DNA of 63,518 nucleotides, the filler included, from Chiloscyllium plagiosum (Eukaryota): assembly GCF_004010195.1 (NCBI RefSeq). It is 4 parts of one record of this genome, joined end to end, with 100 filler letters (N's around TTAATTAATTAA, not from the genome) between each part and the next. Parts side by side here need not be neighbours in the genome. Positions count along the whole stretch, not along the records: positions 1 to 22,212 come from NC_057712.1; positions 22,313 to 43,648 come from NC_057712.1; 2 more parts are not named here. The stretch is one strand, 5' to 3'. The notes below the pieces were generated by a model. That model had not been told where the DNA came from and did no database searches. It was given only the letters and a program-made list of their open reading frames with translations. This document shows positions 11,576 to 23,619 of this stretch, one piece after another (positions within the stretch are counted from its first letter, which is position 1; each line of letters opens with the position of its first letter). A program made the translations under genes and the position numbers.

Positions 11576-12528
11576 TGTTTTTCTCCGAGGGAGAAAGCTG
11601 ATGCTGGAGATCAGCGACGAGAGTGTGGTGCTGGAAAAGCATCCCAAGAGCAGGAGAATGGGCCCGATGAAGGGCTTTTGCCCGAAACGTCGATTCTCCT
11701 GCTCCTTGGATGCTGCCTGACCTGCTGCGCTCTTCCAGCCACACACAGCTCTTGTTTTTCTCAGAGCAGAGGTGTTTGAGAGGGGACATGATCGAAATGT
11801 GTAAAGTGATGAGGGGCACAGACAAGGAGAAACTTGTCCCCTTGATGGGGGGGATCATTGACTGGGGCATAGATTTAAGGTAAGCAGCAGAAGGTTTGGA
11901 CAATATATTCACTAGTTTTTCGAGCGGCGGGGCAGAAATGCTCACAACATTGAAGGAGATAATTAGACGTGCACTAGCGATGCCAAGGCACACAAGCCTA
12001 TGGGCTAAGTGCCGGAAAATGGGATTGGAATAATCCAGAAGCGATGCACTGTAGTGCCTTTTCTCTTTGCTGTCAGCGTCTTGTTCGGAACATTCTGTCT
12101 GGATCCTGCCCGCCCAGTTAGCTTAAACCCTCCCAAACAGTACTAGTAAACCTCCCTGCAAGGACGCTGGTCCCATTCTGGGTCAGGGGCAACCCGACAC
12201 CCCCAAAACAGTCCCAGTGTCCGAGAAATATAAAACCCTTCCTCCCGCACCATCTGGACCAACCTCCTCTTCGACACTCGCTGGCACTGGGTGGAATCGA
12301 GAGCTGATTATCATTCGGATCCTATTCTTCAATCTGCTTCCTAGATTAGATTCCCTACGGTGTGGAAAGGGGCCCTTCCACCCAACAAGTCCATACCGAC
12401 CCTCCGAAGAGTAACCCCCCCCCCCCCCCCCCCCCCCGACTAACGCACCTAACACTATGGACAATTTAGCGTGGCCGATCCACCCTGACCTGCACATCTT
12501 TGGACTGTGGGAGGAAACCCACGCAGAC

Positions 12529-12843
12529 NNNNNNNNNNNNNNNNNNNNNNNNNNNNNNNNNNNNNNNNNNNNNNNNNNNNNNNNNNNNNNNNNNNNNNNN
12601 NNNNNNNNNNNNNNNNNNNNNNNNNNNNNNNNNNNNNNNNNNNNNNNNNNNNNNNNNNNNNNNNNNNNNNNNNNNNNNNNNNNNNNNNNNNNNNNNNNNN
12701 NNNNNNNNNNNNNNNNNNNNNNNNNNNNNNNNNNNNNNNNNNNNNNNNNNNNNNNNNNNNNNNNNNNNNNNNNNNNNNNNNNNNNNNNNNNNNNNNNNNN
12801 NNNNNNNNNNNNNNNNNNNNNNNNNNNNNNNNNNNNNNNNNNN
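12529..12843. other. Assembly gap (N run)
   Basis: N run following a truncated HE1 copy (12342-12528, minus strand). Confidence 1.
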
Positions 12844-13139
12844 AAAAAGTCAGTTGAAGAAGTAAAAAATGAGTGAAAAAAGGAAAGGGGTTTCGAGGGA
12901 TATAGGCCAAACCCAGGCGAATGGGACTAGGGCAGTTTGACAATATGGTGGGCATGGGCTAGTTGGACCGAAGGGTCTGCTCTGACGAAAGGTCGCTGGC
13001 CTGAAAGGTTAACTCTGATTGCTCTCTACAGATGCTGCCAATCGACTGAGCTTTTCCAGCAACTTCTGCCTGTGTTTCAGCTTCCGCAGTCCCTTCAGTT
13101 TACCTTTGGTCTGTTCCTGTGCTGTTTGACTCGATAATA

Positions 13140-13330
13140 CACACCCAGACCCACATAGACACACACACAGACACACACACACACCCACACACCCACACAG
13201 ACACACACACACACACAAACACACAGGCACACAGACACACAGACAGACCGATACAGACACAGACACACACACACACACACACAGACACACACACAGACAC
13301 GAACACACAAACACACACACACACACACAC
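13140..13330. repeat. Imperfect (CA)n microsatellite
   Basis: Directly visible. Confidence 0.95.
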
Positions 13331-13607
13331 TCAGGATGTGCTGTCTCCCAGCTGTCTATGTGAAGCTAAGTGAGGTCTTGGTACAATATTTGGGATTAGG
13401 TGAATGTACATAGGGGACAAAGGCGTTCCAGGTGGGGAGTTACTTACGATTGAGTTGCAGTTAAAGCAACATGATAAAGACCAGAAGCAGCATGAAATAG
13501 AAAGGGATCAAAAATTAAGAAATTTGAACTTCAGGAAAAGTACAGGCAAACCCATAGCAATGCCAAAGGTAAAAATGCCTTACATGACCACAGGCTTGCT
13601 CTTTCAG

Positions 13608-13770
13608 TAGAGAGAGAGAGAGAGAGAGAGCTGGAAGTGGTTTACCTTCCTCAGGCGAGGGGAAAGGATGAGAAAGGGGGTCCTTCAAGATAACCTCGAT
13701 TGGCGCAGGAATTGAAGCCATACTCCCGGCATCACTCTGTATTACAAACCAGCCAACTGAGCTGACCAAC
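13608..13770 (-). mobile_element. tRNA-derived SINE with (TC)n stretch
   Basis: Minus strand GGTCAGCTCAGTTGGCTGG...GCTTCAATTCC; a related copy lies at about 61720-61915 (+). Confidence 0.55.
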
Positions 13771-14354
13771 CTCTGGAGCAATACCAAGGAATCACCTTTG
13801 TGGGGGAAAGATACGCCTGGGCTGAAATTTTGGCGTCTTAGCATGTCGTGTCAAGTATTTTGGGGGAGTTTGCCACCACAAAACGTAGCATGTTTCCTCA
13901 CTGTATGTTGCCAAACTCACTGCCTGCTTTACCTTGTGGCATCCTTCACATCTGGTGCCAACTCTTGGAACGGTTTATTGGGATATGCTAGATTTCAACA
14001 ATATCCCTTGCATCCACGTCATCTTCAAAAGCCTGGCGTACACCTGGAAACGCACTACCTGCCTGGAACCACCTTGTGTAGCGCCCGACATGTGCTCCGG
14101 ACGTGGCAGATGTAGGAAATTGGGGGCCCTGCTTTGTACCTGGAGGGTTCTGTTCGAAGGTGATGCTGAAGGGAAGCTTCCCCTTCCCCTGGCCCAGAGG
14201 TAAATGGCAGAGCATGCCAACCTGGTCCAGGTTTTCCACCTGGTTTCGAGCACTCTCCGCCATTTTTAGGGATATCCAGCATCGCAGGAAGATGGTCAAT
14301 TACATTCTCGACTCTGCTAGTGTCAGTGCCATCATCTTTCTCCTGATGCCTCAC

Positions 14355-14580
14355 ACCCATCTACCAGGGAGGAAAGGAACAGGAAGTGACGTCACCACTG
14401 GAAATAACATCACCACAGGAAATGACATCACCAACCCAAAGAAACCCAAACGTATAAATAGAAAGTCGGAATTTTCAGCATTGCTTCGCCTGAGGCCCAC
14501 TGAAGATGTTATCTAGCGGGGTGACGAAACATCTGGAAGTGAGCCTTCCAGCTCAGTGAGCAAAACCGACATCCAAGATC
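14355..14580 (+). mobile_element. Penelope-like element 3' end with hammerhead-like motif (14497-14536)
   Basis: Similar to 26996-27440. CCA-CTGAAGA-T-GTTATC...GGTGAC-GAAAC-ATC-TGG. Confidence 0.7.
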
Positions 14581-15401
14581 TCTTCCTCAGTACTCACCTC
14601 CCAACAAGGCTGAAGCTCTGTCACCCTCACTATGGCATGCAACATCTTTCCTCGCGCATTGTCGCCCACCCCCAAACCCCTTCGCGAACACCGCCATCTT
14701 GGTTAAATATGACATCCCTTCCACAAAACCCATGCTGACTCTTCCCAATTACAACTGACTCTGACATCTTCTCCGTTCCAGCTATCACGTCAATAGTTTC
14801 CTGCACCCCAGTTCCTTAAAGGGGGGGGGTATGTATGCTACCCTCCAGCCAGCTGGAACCTTTCCTGAATGAAAGGCATCTTTGAACATTCACACCAAAG
14901 TATCCATTATCTCATTGGGAATCTCCTTCAACGTTCTAAGATGGGGTCCATCTGGATCCAGGGAACTGCCACTCCAGGGCTCCATCAATTTGCTTATGAC
15001 CACTTCCCTGTGCTTCCAAATTCAGCTAAGTTTCTCTCCTCATTTCATTGCTGATTTACAGCTATTTATTGGAATGTGTTATAGCGAAGACAGATGCATA
15101 CTAGTTTTTCAATGCATTTGTCTTTTCTTTGTCTTCATTCTCACCCTCTAAAGGTCTAAGGTTAATTTTACTTAATTGTTTTACTTTTAAATACCCATAA
15201 AAACACTCACCATCCAATTTCACATTCCTCGCTATCCTCCTCCCATAACTAATTTCTTGCTCGTGATTAGCCTGCGGTTAGCCTCTCAGCTCAGACAACG
15301 CAGGAGCGCAGATCTCAGGAGCGGAGAGACTTCTTGAGTGCTGGCTTGATGACGCAGCCTGGCTGGAGGAAAGCCTTAAATATCAGCACTCCGAAAGCTT
15401 G

Positions 15402-15699
15402 CACGGGGACGCAATCCTTTATCTGAAACTCAAAAAGCTCAGAAATTTTCTCTGCGGAGTTTTTCTTTTTCTGTGTGCTGACAAGGTTGTTTGGCGTGCC
15501 AACGCGCGGCCCAACTCTGCACCCACTCAGTGGCGGTGTGGCCTAGCACTGGCAGGTGTCAATCCTGTCTGAGCGCTCATACTGGTCACAAGTGGACCTG
15601 CTGTCCGGTAGCACTTCACTGTGAAAATGTCATTTATTCCGAAACCTGGGAAAACAACTGGCCCCCAAGGGTTTCGGATAAAGGATTGGTGCACCCGTA
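15402..15699. mobile_element. MITE with about 28 bp terminal inverted repeats (Tc1/mariner-pogo/Tigger-like)
   Basis: Left end CACGGGGACGCAATCCTTTATCTGAAAC; right end reverse complement TACGGGTGCACCAATCCTTTATCCGAAAC. It splits a host repeat at a TA. Confidence 0.65.
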
Positions 15700-15825
15700 C
15701 TTCCAGATAAACCTGGCGGACCTTAACCTGGTGTTGTGTGAATTTCAACTTTACCTCAGTTAAGGTACCACTCTAAGCAAAGTACCACAAGCCGACCACT
15801 AACCAGCTAAGGCTGGTTAACAATA

Positions 15826-16387
15826 GCGGCACGGTGGCTCAGTGGTTAGCACTGCTGCCTCATAGTGTCAGGGACCTGGGTTTGAGTCCCACCTTGGTCG
15901 ACTGTCTGTGTGGAGTTTGCACATTCTCTCTAAAGATAGCCATGTTAAATTGCCCATTGTGTTAGTTAGGGGTAAATGTAAGGGAATGGGTTACTCTTCA
16001 GAGGGTCGGTGTGGACTTGTTGGGCCAAAGGGCCTGTTTCCACACTGTAGGGATTCTAATCAATTACGGTAATAATTTCAGAGACACTATTGGGGCAGCA
16101 CGGTGGCTCAGTGGTTAGCACCGCTGCCTCACAGCACCAGGAACCCAGGTTCGATCCCAGCCTCGGGCGGCTGTCAGTGTGGAGTTTGCACGTTTTCCCC
16201 GTGGGTTACCTCCGGGTGCTCCGGTTTCCTCCCACTGTCCAAAGATGTGCAGGTCAGGTGTATTGGCCATGTTACAATCGCCCGTAGTGTTAGGTGAATT
16301 AGTCAGAGGGAAATGGGTCTGGGTGGGTTACTCTTCGGAGGGTCGGTGTGGACTGGTTGGGCTGAAGGCCCACACTGTAGGGAATCT
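15826..16387 (+). mobile_element. Two HE1 SINE copies (15826-16060 internally deleted; 16093-16387)
   Basis: HE1 head, core and tail motifs. Confidence 0.85.
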
Positions 16388-16433
16388 TAGAAAAAAAATG
16401 CAGATGCTAGTTTTCAATTCCATACTTTAGGGC

Positions 16434-16822
16434 CTTGAGGCGGTTCTCGTTAGAGAGAAGAAGGCTGAGAGGTGACTTAATAGAGACACACAAGACATTC
16501 AGAGGGTTAGATAGGGCGGACAGGGAGAGCCTTTATCCAAGTACGGGGACGGCAAACACGAGGGGACACAACTTTAAAGTGAGGGGAGATAGGTATAAGA
16601 CAGAGGTAGTTTTTTTCCTCAGAGAGTAGTAAGGGTATGGAATGCTTTGCCTGCAATGGTAGTAGATTCACCAACTTTAAGTGCATTTTAGTCACCATTG
16701 GACAGGCATATGGACGTACATGGAATAGTGTAGTTGGGATGGGCTTCAGATTAGTATGACAGGTTGGCGCAACATTGTGGGCCGAAGGGCCTGGACTGCG
16801 CTGTAATGTTCTATGTTCTATG
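16434..16822 (+). mobile_element. CR1 LINE 3' end
   Basis: FSLERRRLRGDLIET...TRGHNFK; tail GGGCCGAAGGGCCTG...(ATGTTCT)n. Confidence 0.85.
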
Positions 16823-17797
16823 TACTTTCTAATTAAATGGTTACACGATCAAATTCTACTCCTGTGCCAGTGACATTGCACAATAATTACCAACCTCTTA
16901 GATTTCTCAAACATGGCATTCTCTGTACCACTTCAGAACTGTCCAGCCCACAGCCCATACCTGCTTCCCAATCTTATCCTCCCTCAAGCAGGTCCGTGCG
17001 TGCATCTATCAGACACTCTGAGCGTGTCCCCAGCTCCTTATCTGAGCCTCCCCAGCGCTCTACGGGGAACCAATAGCTGACAAGTGAGAAACTCCACTCC
17101 ACCCAACCGCAGCAGCTTCCCGGAGCTGAAACAAAGTTTTGTTCCAATTTTCCTGATCGTTGAATGTTCGTTCTCAGTGCAGGACAACAGGCAACAAAGC
17201 TGAATTTGTGGATCTTTTGACAGGTAAGAGATTTAGTGGCGTGAGACCTCTGTATAATGACTGTCGCAGCGTTAATTGAACCCAGCAGCCCTTGTGTTCT
17301 TTCTGAAGAGTGCAACTTTTCGTAAGTCAGTCGGAAATTGTGAGCTTCAATTCAAGAGGTGCAGCAAGTGCCTCCCAGTTCATCCTAGCCAGACAGTCAG
17401 GCTCGCACAAAGGCTTCCTCTTTGTCGATGGAAATGGATTTGCTCACTGTCGGGTGAAATCCGGGGGGGGGAATTGGGGGAGGGGGGGGGGGGGTTGCCG
17501 AATTCAGTCAGCCGCGAGACCGCTGACCTCTCAGGACCAGTTGGGTTTTCTGAGTGCTGGCTTTATGAGGCCTTTAAACTGTGGTAACAGGATGCCCTGA
17601 AGGTACCTGGTAAATAGGGCTTTTAAGGTCAATGCAAGCCAGAGAAAGTACAGGAGCCCCTCACTTCGGTCAGCAGAAAGACTCACTTGGTCTGCACCAG
17701 GACTAGTACATAGCAGGTTCCAATTTCACTCGTTTTGAGTCTACACTATGATGCAGCACTTATCCAATCTTGAGAACACTGATACTAGCTGTCCCTT

Positions 17798-18069
17798 TAG
17801 ATTAGTTTCCCTACAGTATAGAAACAGGCCCAACAAGTCCACACCAACCCTCCGAAGAGTAACCCACTCCCCGGCCTTATATTTACCGCACCTAACACTA
17901 CGGGGCAATTTAGCACGGCCAATCCACCCTGACCTGCACATTGCGGGAGGGAACCCACACAGACACGGGGAGAACGTGCAAACTCCACACAGAGAGTCGC
18001 CCCGAGGCGGGAATTGAACCCGGGTCCTTGGCGCTGGGAGGCAGCAGTGCTGACCACTGAGCCACCGTG
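17798..18069 (-). mobile_element. HE1 SINE
   Basis: HE1 motifs on the minus strand. Confidence 0.85.
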
Positions 18070-18123
18070 CTTGCTGCCTCGTTGCTACACTCGCACCGCA
18101 ACCAGAGTCCTGGGTTGCACTCA

Positions 18124-18315
18124 GGATTAGAGCGGTGCTGGAAAAGCGCAGCGGGTCAGGCTGCATCTGAGGAGCAGGAAAATCGACATTTCGGGCGAAA
18201 GCCCTTCATCAGGAATCGGTAAATTGATTTTCCTCGGATGCTGCCTGACCTTGCTGCGCTTTTCCAGCACCATCCGGATCTTGACTCTAATCTCCAGCAT
18301 CTGCAGTACCCACCT
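18124..18315. mobile_element. Palindromic PLE-end element
   Basis: Inverted arms of the family seen at 5650-5824. Minus strand CTGATGAAGGGCTTTCGCCCGAAATGTC. Confidence 0.65.
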
Positions 18316-19663
18316 TCTGGTTTTTACACTCCCTCATACCCTTCCAGTACACACTCACCGACATTTTCCAATCTCCACCCTGCATATTTACTGTTGCTCC
18401 CCCTCGCTGCATTCTCACTCCTTTAAGACTGGCCGTCTGTCATAGTCAGTTTAAAAACCCCAAAGAGGGAAAAAAAATGCTGGAAAATCTCCGCAGGTTC
18501 TGTAAGGAGAGAAAAGAGCTGGCGTTTCGAGTCTAACTGCCCCTTCGATCTGCGCGCAATCAGGTCCAGGTCCATGCCCACATGTCTGTCCTTGGCCTGC
18601 TGCAACGTTCCATTGAAAGTCCGACTCGGCACGTTACAGCCTGCCGGCCTCAACACTGAATTCAACAACTTCCCATCCCGACCCCTCTGTTTTCATTCTG
18701 CTCCGTAATTTTATTTCATTTATTTTATTTATCTTTTCTTAATACTTTTTTTCACTGTTCTGTACCTCTTACTTCTTGATTGTCTCTCTTATCTCTCGCT
18801 CCCCCCACTCTCTCATCACCTTTTTCCCCTCCTCTTCCCCTTTTGCTACCCTTCTCCCCTGTTTTCCATTTTTTNNNNNNNNNNNNNNNNNNNNNNAGCA
18901 CCCGGAGGAAACCCACGCAGACACGGGGAGAATGTGCAAACTCCACACAGTCAGTCGCCTGAGTCGGGAATTGAACCCTGGTCTCTGGCGCTGTGAGGCA
19001 GCAGTGCTAACCACTGTGCCACCGTGCCGCCCATTCACCCAAGGAGCCCAAGGAGCTTTGGTCATTCGCAGCTCCTAATCTCCCTATAACCTCTCTATGC
19101 ACTGTCATTATCGCCCCTTTACTGCTACCTTTGCAAATTTAAAAAAAAGAGGGCTTTGACAAAGGCTCAGTTAGACTCGAAACGTCAGCCCTTTTCTCTC
19201 CTCACAGATGCTGCCAGACCTGCTGAGATTTTCCAGCATTTCCTCTTTTTTGGTTTTCAGAACTCCGGCATCCGCAGCGAATTGCTTTTACCCGGTTTGA
19301 AAACTCTTGCAGGTTCTCAGGTCGTTTGGAGGAGGCGGTTTTAAATCGGGAGAAAGCGAGGACTGCAGCTGCTGGCGGTCAGAGCTGAAAAGTGTGTTGC
19401 TGGAAAAGCGCAGCAGGTCAGGCAGCATCCAAGGAGCAGCCGAATCGACACGGACATCCTGGGCATGATGAGCTTTCTGTCCATCCCATCAAGGGTTGAG
19501 AATATCTCAGGGCAGAGCTATTTCGCATTCCAATCCACTCCCAGTTTTCCACCATTTGCAAGTGTTATGAAGTTGAAGGCGTGTACTGTGCCTTTAAGAG
19601 AGTGTCCGTGATGTTCTGAACTGAGAGCTTGCCTGTGTGGTAATGACTAGATGGCATTCCCAG

Positions 19664-19701
19664 GAATCCTGAAGAAGGGCTTATGCCTGAAACGTCGATT
19701 C
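19664..19701 (+). ncRNA. Minimal type I hammerhead ribozyme motif (PLE-associated)
   Basis: GAATC-CTGAAGA-A-GGGC-TTAT-GCCT-GAAA-CGT-C-GATTC: 5 bp stem I, core, stem II, palindromic ACGT stem III, GUC triplet. Confidence 0.6.
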
Positions 19702-20986
19702 TCCTGCTCCTTGGATGCTGCCTGACCTGCTGCGCTTATCCAGCAACACATTTGTTAATCAGGACCATACAAGTCTTTTTCAAAATATTTAAAAAAAAAA
19801 TAGGATTTGAGTATCACTGAAAGGCAAGGCTAACATTTCTTACAACCTTAATACCCTTGCGCAAGTGACATTAGCCTGTCTTCCTGGACTGCTGCAGTTC
19901 ACGTACCAAAGGAACACTTCATAATGACACAGAAAATAGGACCAGGGTTAGACCGTACCATAATCTAACCTGTTCGAGATAATCCTGCGTGTGCCTTGGC
20001 TTAACCTCCATTCTTCTGTCCCCTCCCCACGCCCCTTGGTTCTCTGAGATGCAACTCCTCTATTTCAGCTTTAAGAGGGTAGCATCTGCAAAGTTCGATT
20101 GCAGAAAATTCTGACAACTCACAACCATTCGAGAGCAGCCATTTCATCTCCGTCGCGTCGGGGGAGGGTGTTCCAGGACTTTGATCGGGCGAGGGGACGA
20201 TTGGTGCAGTCCTACACGTCAGGGTGGTGCGTGGACTTTGAGGGGAACATTCAGGCGGTGTTTGGACCCATGTTCAGAGGTTACAAGTTGCGTGGAACTC
20301 TTTCACAAACTCTGACCCATATTGTGGGCTGCAATAGCCAGCCTAAGGTTGAGGCAGGGGCAGAGTTGGGGAGGTGCAGTAGGGTTAGTGTTGGAAACCT
20401 TAAAACCTCATGTCGTGAGCAAGGAAATCTCTTATGAAAACCGCGTACATGGAGGCCCAGGACCCCTGTGCATGATGAGATTTCTGTCCATCCCATTAAG
20501 GGTTGAGAATATCTCAGGGCAGAGCTCTTTGCATAAGCTTATCTCTCCACCCTTCAGGCTCTCTGCCTTTATTCCTGATGAAGGGCTTTTGCCTGAAACG
20601 TCGATTTTGCTGAAGCTCCTCGATGCTGCCTGAATTGCTGTGCTCTTCCAGCACCATTGATCCAGAATCTGGTTTCCAGCATCTGCAGTCATTGTTTTTA
20701 CCTTGATATGACAAGATGGCATTCCCAGAGTGCACTGGAAAATTGCAAATATGTAACATTTGATTGTGAAATGGATACCTGAGTTTTGGTTGCTGTTTTG
20801 ACAACAGTTTGAATTTAACCCTTCCGTTTAAATTATGCCCCAGGATACTAAAACCCAATCGCGTTTGAATTTATGAACCAATGAACATTGAACCAATGAG
20901 ACAATCTGATGTTGGGGATATAAAAATGCAGGCATTTTGAAAATTGTAGACAGAGCAACTGCCTCAACAAAGATCCAAGAAATTAG

Positions 20987-21200
20987 ACATGATTTGGAAA
21001 TGCCGGTGTTGGACTGGGGTGTACAAAGTTCAAAATCACACAACACTAAGTTATGGTCCAACAGGTTTAATTGGAAGCACACTAGCTTTCGGAGCATCGC
21101 TCCTTCATCACAACCACCTGATGAAGGAGCGTCACTCCGAAAGCTAGTGTGCTTCCAATTAAACCTGTTGGACTATAACCTGGTGTTGTGTGATTTTTTT
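20987..21200. mobile_element. Palindromic element nested in the LTR, with a hammerhead motif at 21115-21149 (+)
   Basis: Arms at about 21033-21110 and 21119-21200. CAC-CTGATGA-A-GGAG...CTCC-GAAA-GCT-A-GTG. Confidence 0.75.
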
Positions 21201-22130
21201 AACCAAGAAATTAGGAAATACTCTGTATCAAAGGTACCTTTTCATATGAAATATTTGCAGTAAAAAGAAAGCAGATGCCTCAGGGAGAGTTCAGCCAGAA
21301 GAAGATAGACACTGAAGACGTCAGCCGCTGTGTGGTTTTGAAATTAAGTTGCTGTAGTTTTAATAAGTGTTTTATTGGAACAGCATATTGCTACAGAGTT
21401 GGAGGCAGATAATAAGATGTTAAGTGAAAGGGGGGGGGGGCTTAGAGTTGTGAATAGTTGTTTCGTGTTCACTTTTAGAGTTAAAGAATAAATTGCTATT
21501 ATTTTCTTTAAATAGTGGAATTTGGGGGTTCTCTGTCACTTATATTTTTATAGATTACGAGGCGAGGTGAACTTTTCTGGATGCCAGGTTTAATGAACGG
21601 AAGGGTTCACTGACGTGTCGTAACAGTTTTGGGGGCTTGGGTCCATGATTTGGACAGGATTAGACCGATCCAGTCTGAGACTTGGAACAGATGTGAACAA
21701 ATTTGGTGGACAAAAGACCCCAGCAGATTTACACACTGTGCCCTAGATCTTTGAATAGAAGGTAGGTGAGACAATTTGCTCAATTTTGGTTACTTGTGGT
21801 TGGTTAAATTAAAAGTGGGGGAAATGGCTCTTAAGATTGCGAGAGAGGTTCTGGGGTTTTGAAGATGCGTCCCAAATTTGCCAAGGAAGTTTAGAAAGAC
21901 AGAGGAAAGCCATACTTTTTAGAGTTTTCAAATAGCTTAACTGGGGACAACAGGAAAGCTGAAATTGTAACGGAGTTGGTCAAGCACTTGGGTGTATCAG
22001 AGAAACAGACAAGTGTAGGAGAGGCAGAACATCTGAAATTGCAAATGGAGTTAGAAGATAAAAAATGGAACGAAGAGCCATGAGAGGATAGAGAGAGAGA
22101 CAGACAGAGAGAGACAGGGAGAGAGAGGAA

Positions 22131-22161
<31 letters not shown>

Positions 22162-22212
22162 CAGAGTGAAAGACAGACCGAGAGAGTGAGACAGAGTGAA
22201 AGACAGACAGAG

Positions 22213-22312
22213 NNNNNNNNNNNNNNNNNNNNNNNNNNNNNNNNNNNNNNNNNNNNTTAATTAATTAANNNNNNNNNNNNNNNNNNNNNNNNNNNNNNNN
22301 NNNNNNNNNNNN
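22213..22312. other. Artificial scaffold linker N44-TTAATTAATTAA-N44
   Basis: The identical 100-nt structure occurs three times in the window. Confidence 0.97.
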
Positions 22313-22699
22313 ACGTGCAAACTCCACACAGTCAGTCGCCTGAGGCGGGAATTGAACCCGGGTCTCTGGCGCTGTGAGGCAGCAGTGCTCACCACTGTGC
22401 CACCGTGCCGCCCAGTGTCAGGCATAATCTCCCCTTGGTGAAGCAATGCTGACTCTGCCCTGTTTAACCTTGTCATTCTGGGTATTCTCCAATCTCATGC
22501 TTAATAATGGCCACTGTGCCACCGTGCCGCCCAGTGTCAGGCATAATCTCCCCTTGGTGAAGCAATGCTGACTCTGCCCTGTTTAACCTTGTCATTCTGG
22601 GTATTCTCCAATCTCATGCTTAATAATGGCCTCTGACCTCTTAACCAATGACTGGAGTCAGACTAACTGTCTTCTGCCCCCCCTCCTGTCTTTCACAAG

Positions 22700-22912
22700 T
22701 GAAGTAACTGCACAGAGGCTGGTGTCCCATCACCAAGGCACCCTTTATTTACATGTGGAGAAGCCCTGACACTGATCCAACTCCCACAGAGCAAGCTATC
22801 AGACTGAACAGACCCTCTTTTTAATTTTGTCAGCCAGGGCTCCCTGTTCGGACCAGGTTAACCGGCCCTAGTCTGTGAGGTCTATTTGGCTGACCTTGTT
22901 ACAATCACTGCA
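22700..22912 (-). mobile_element. Probable solo LTR
   Basis: Minus strand TGCAGTGATTGTAAC...AATAAA...GTTACTTCA; TG...CA ends; target-site duplication only partial. Confidence 0.45.
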
Positions 22913-23619
22913 GCAGGGTTGCTACATTAACCACTTACCTGTCCCCTGGGACTCTCTGACAATCTCCACAGCTATCTCCTTAAGAGTAGGCCATCCAGCC
23001 CAGGGGATTTATCTGCCTTCAGATCTTTCAGTTTTCCCAGAGAAAACTGCTCAGCGATCGCCACGACACTCACCTCTGCCCCCCCCCGATTGTCTCGAGA
23101 GAGAGAGAGGGAGAACGTATGTGAGAGTGTGGGGAAAAGAAGAGAGCGGGAGTGTGAAGGGGAGAGGAGATTGGGAGTGAATAAGCAGTTTTCCCAGAGA
23201 AAACTGCTCAGCGATCGCCACGACACTCACCTCTGCCCCCCCCCTGATTGTCTCGAGAGAGAGAGAGAGGGAGAACGTATGTGAGAGTGTGGGTAAAAGA
23301 AGAGAGCGGGAGTGTGAAGGGGAGAGGAGATTGGGAGTGAATAAGGGGAGGAGGAGGAGGAGGGTAAGGGGAGAATGAGAGTGAGTAGATTGGGGCAGTG
23401 GGAGTGAGGCGAGAGGCTCGTTGATACATACAGCATGTAAACAGGCCTTTTGCTTCCAGTTCATGCCAAAGGAGATTTTTGTGAGGAGAAAAAGTGAGTG
23501 GGGAGAGAGAGAATGTGTGTGTGAGAGAGAATGTGTGTGGAGTTAGTGTGAGGTGAGGCAGAGGGGATATAAGGAGAGGGGTGGAAGTGTGAGGAGAGAA
23601 GTGTTTAAGGAGAGAAGAG

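Larger units (their letters stand above)
19563..22212 (+). mobile_element. Gypsy-type LTR retrotransposon 5' part: interrupted LTR (19563-21625), tRNA-Pro-like PBS (21630-21649), degenerate gag from ATG at 21824
   Basis: Termini TGTTATGA...TCGTAACA; TATAAAA at about 20917; AATAAA at about 21487; TGGGGGCTTGGGTCCATGAT resembles the tRNA-Pro PBS TGGGGGCTCGTCCGGGAT; MALKIAREVLG followed by a GA-rich (ER-coding) stretch. Confidence 0.65.

Noticed and set aside
13009..13373. Cys/Val- or His/Thr-rich ORFs (also 27687-28005)
   Set aside because: Translations of CA/TG microsatellites.
13800..14340. Cluster of 90-137 aa ORFs, possibly a Tx1 ORF1 remnant
   Set aside because: Only faint similarity across several frames; cannot be supported without a profile search.
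20468..20530. C/D box snoRNA (ATGATGA)
   Set aside because: No D box (CTGA) or terminal stem at a suitable distance.
22257..22268. TTAATTAATTAA motif (also 43693 and 60902) as a piggyBac site or regulatory motif
   Set aside because: Always centred in exactly 44+44 N; it is an artificial spacer.
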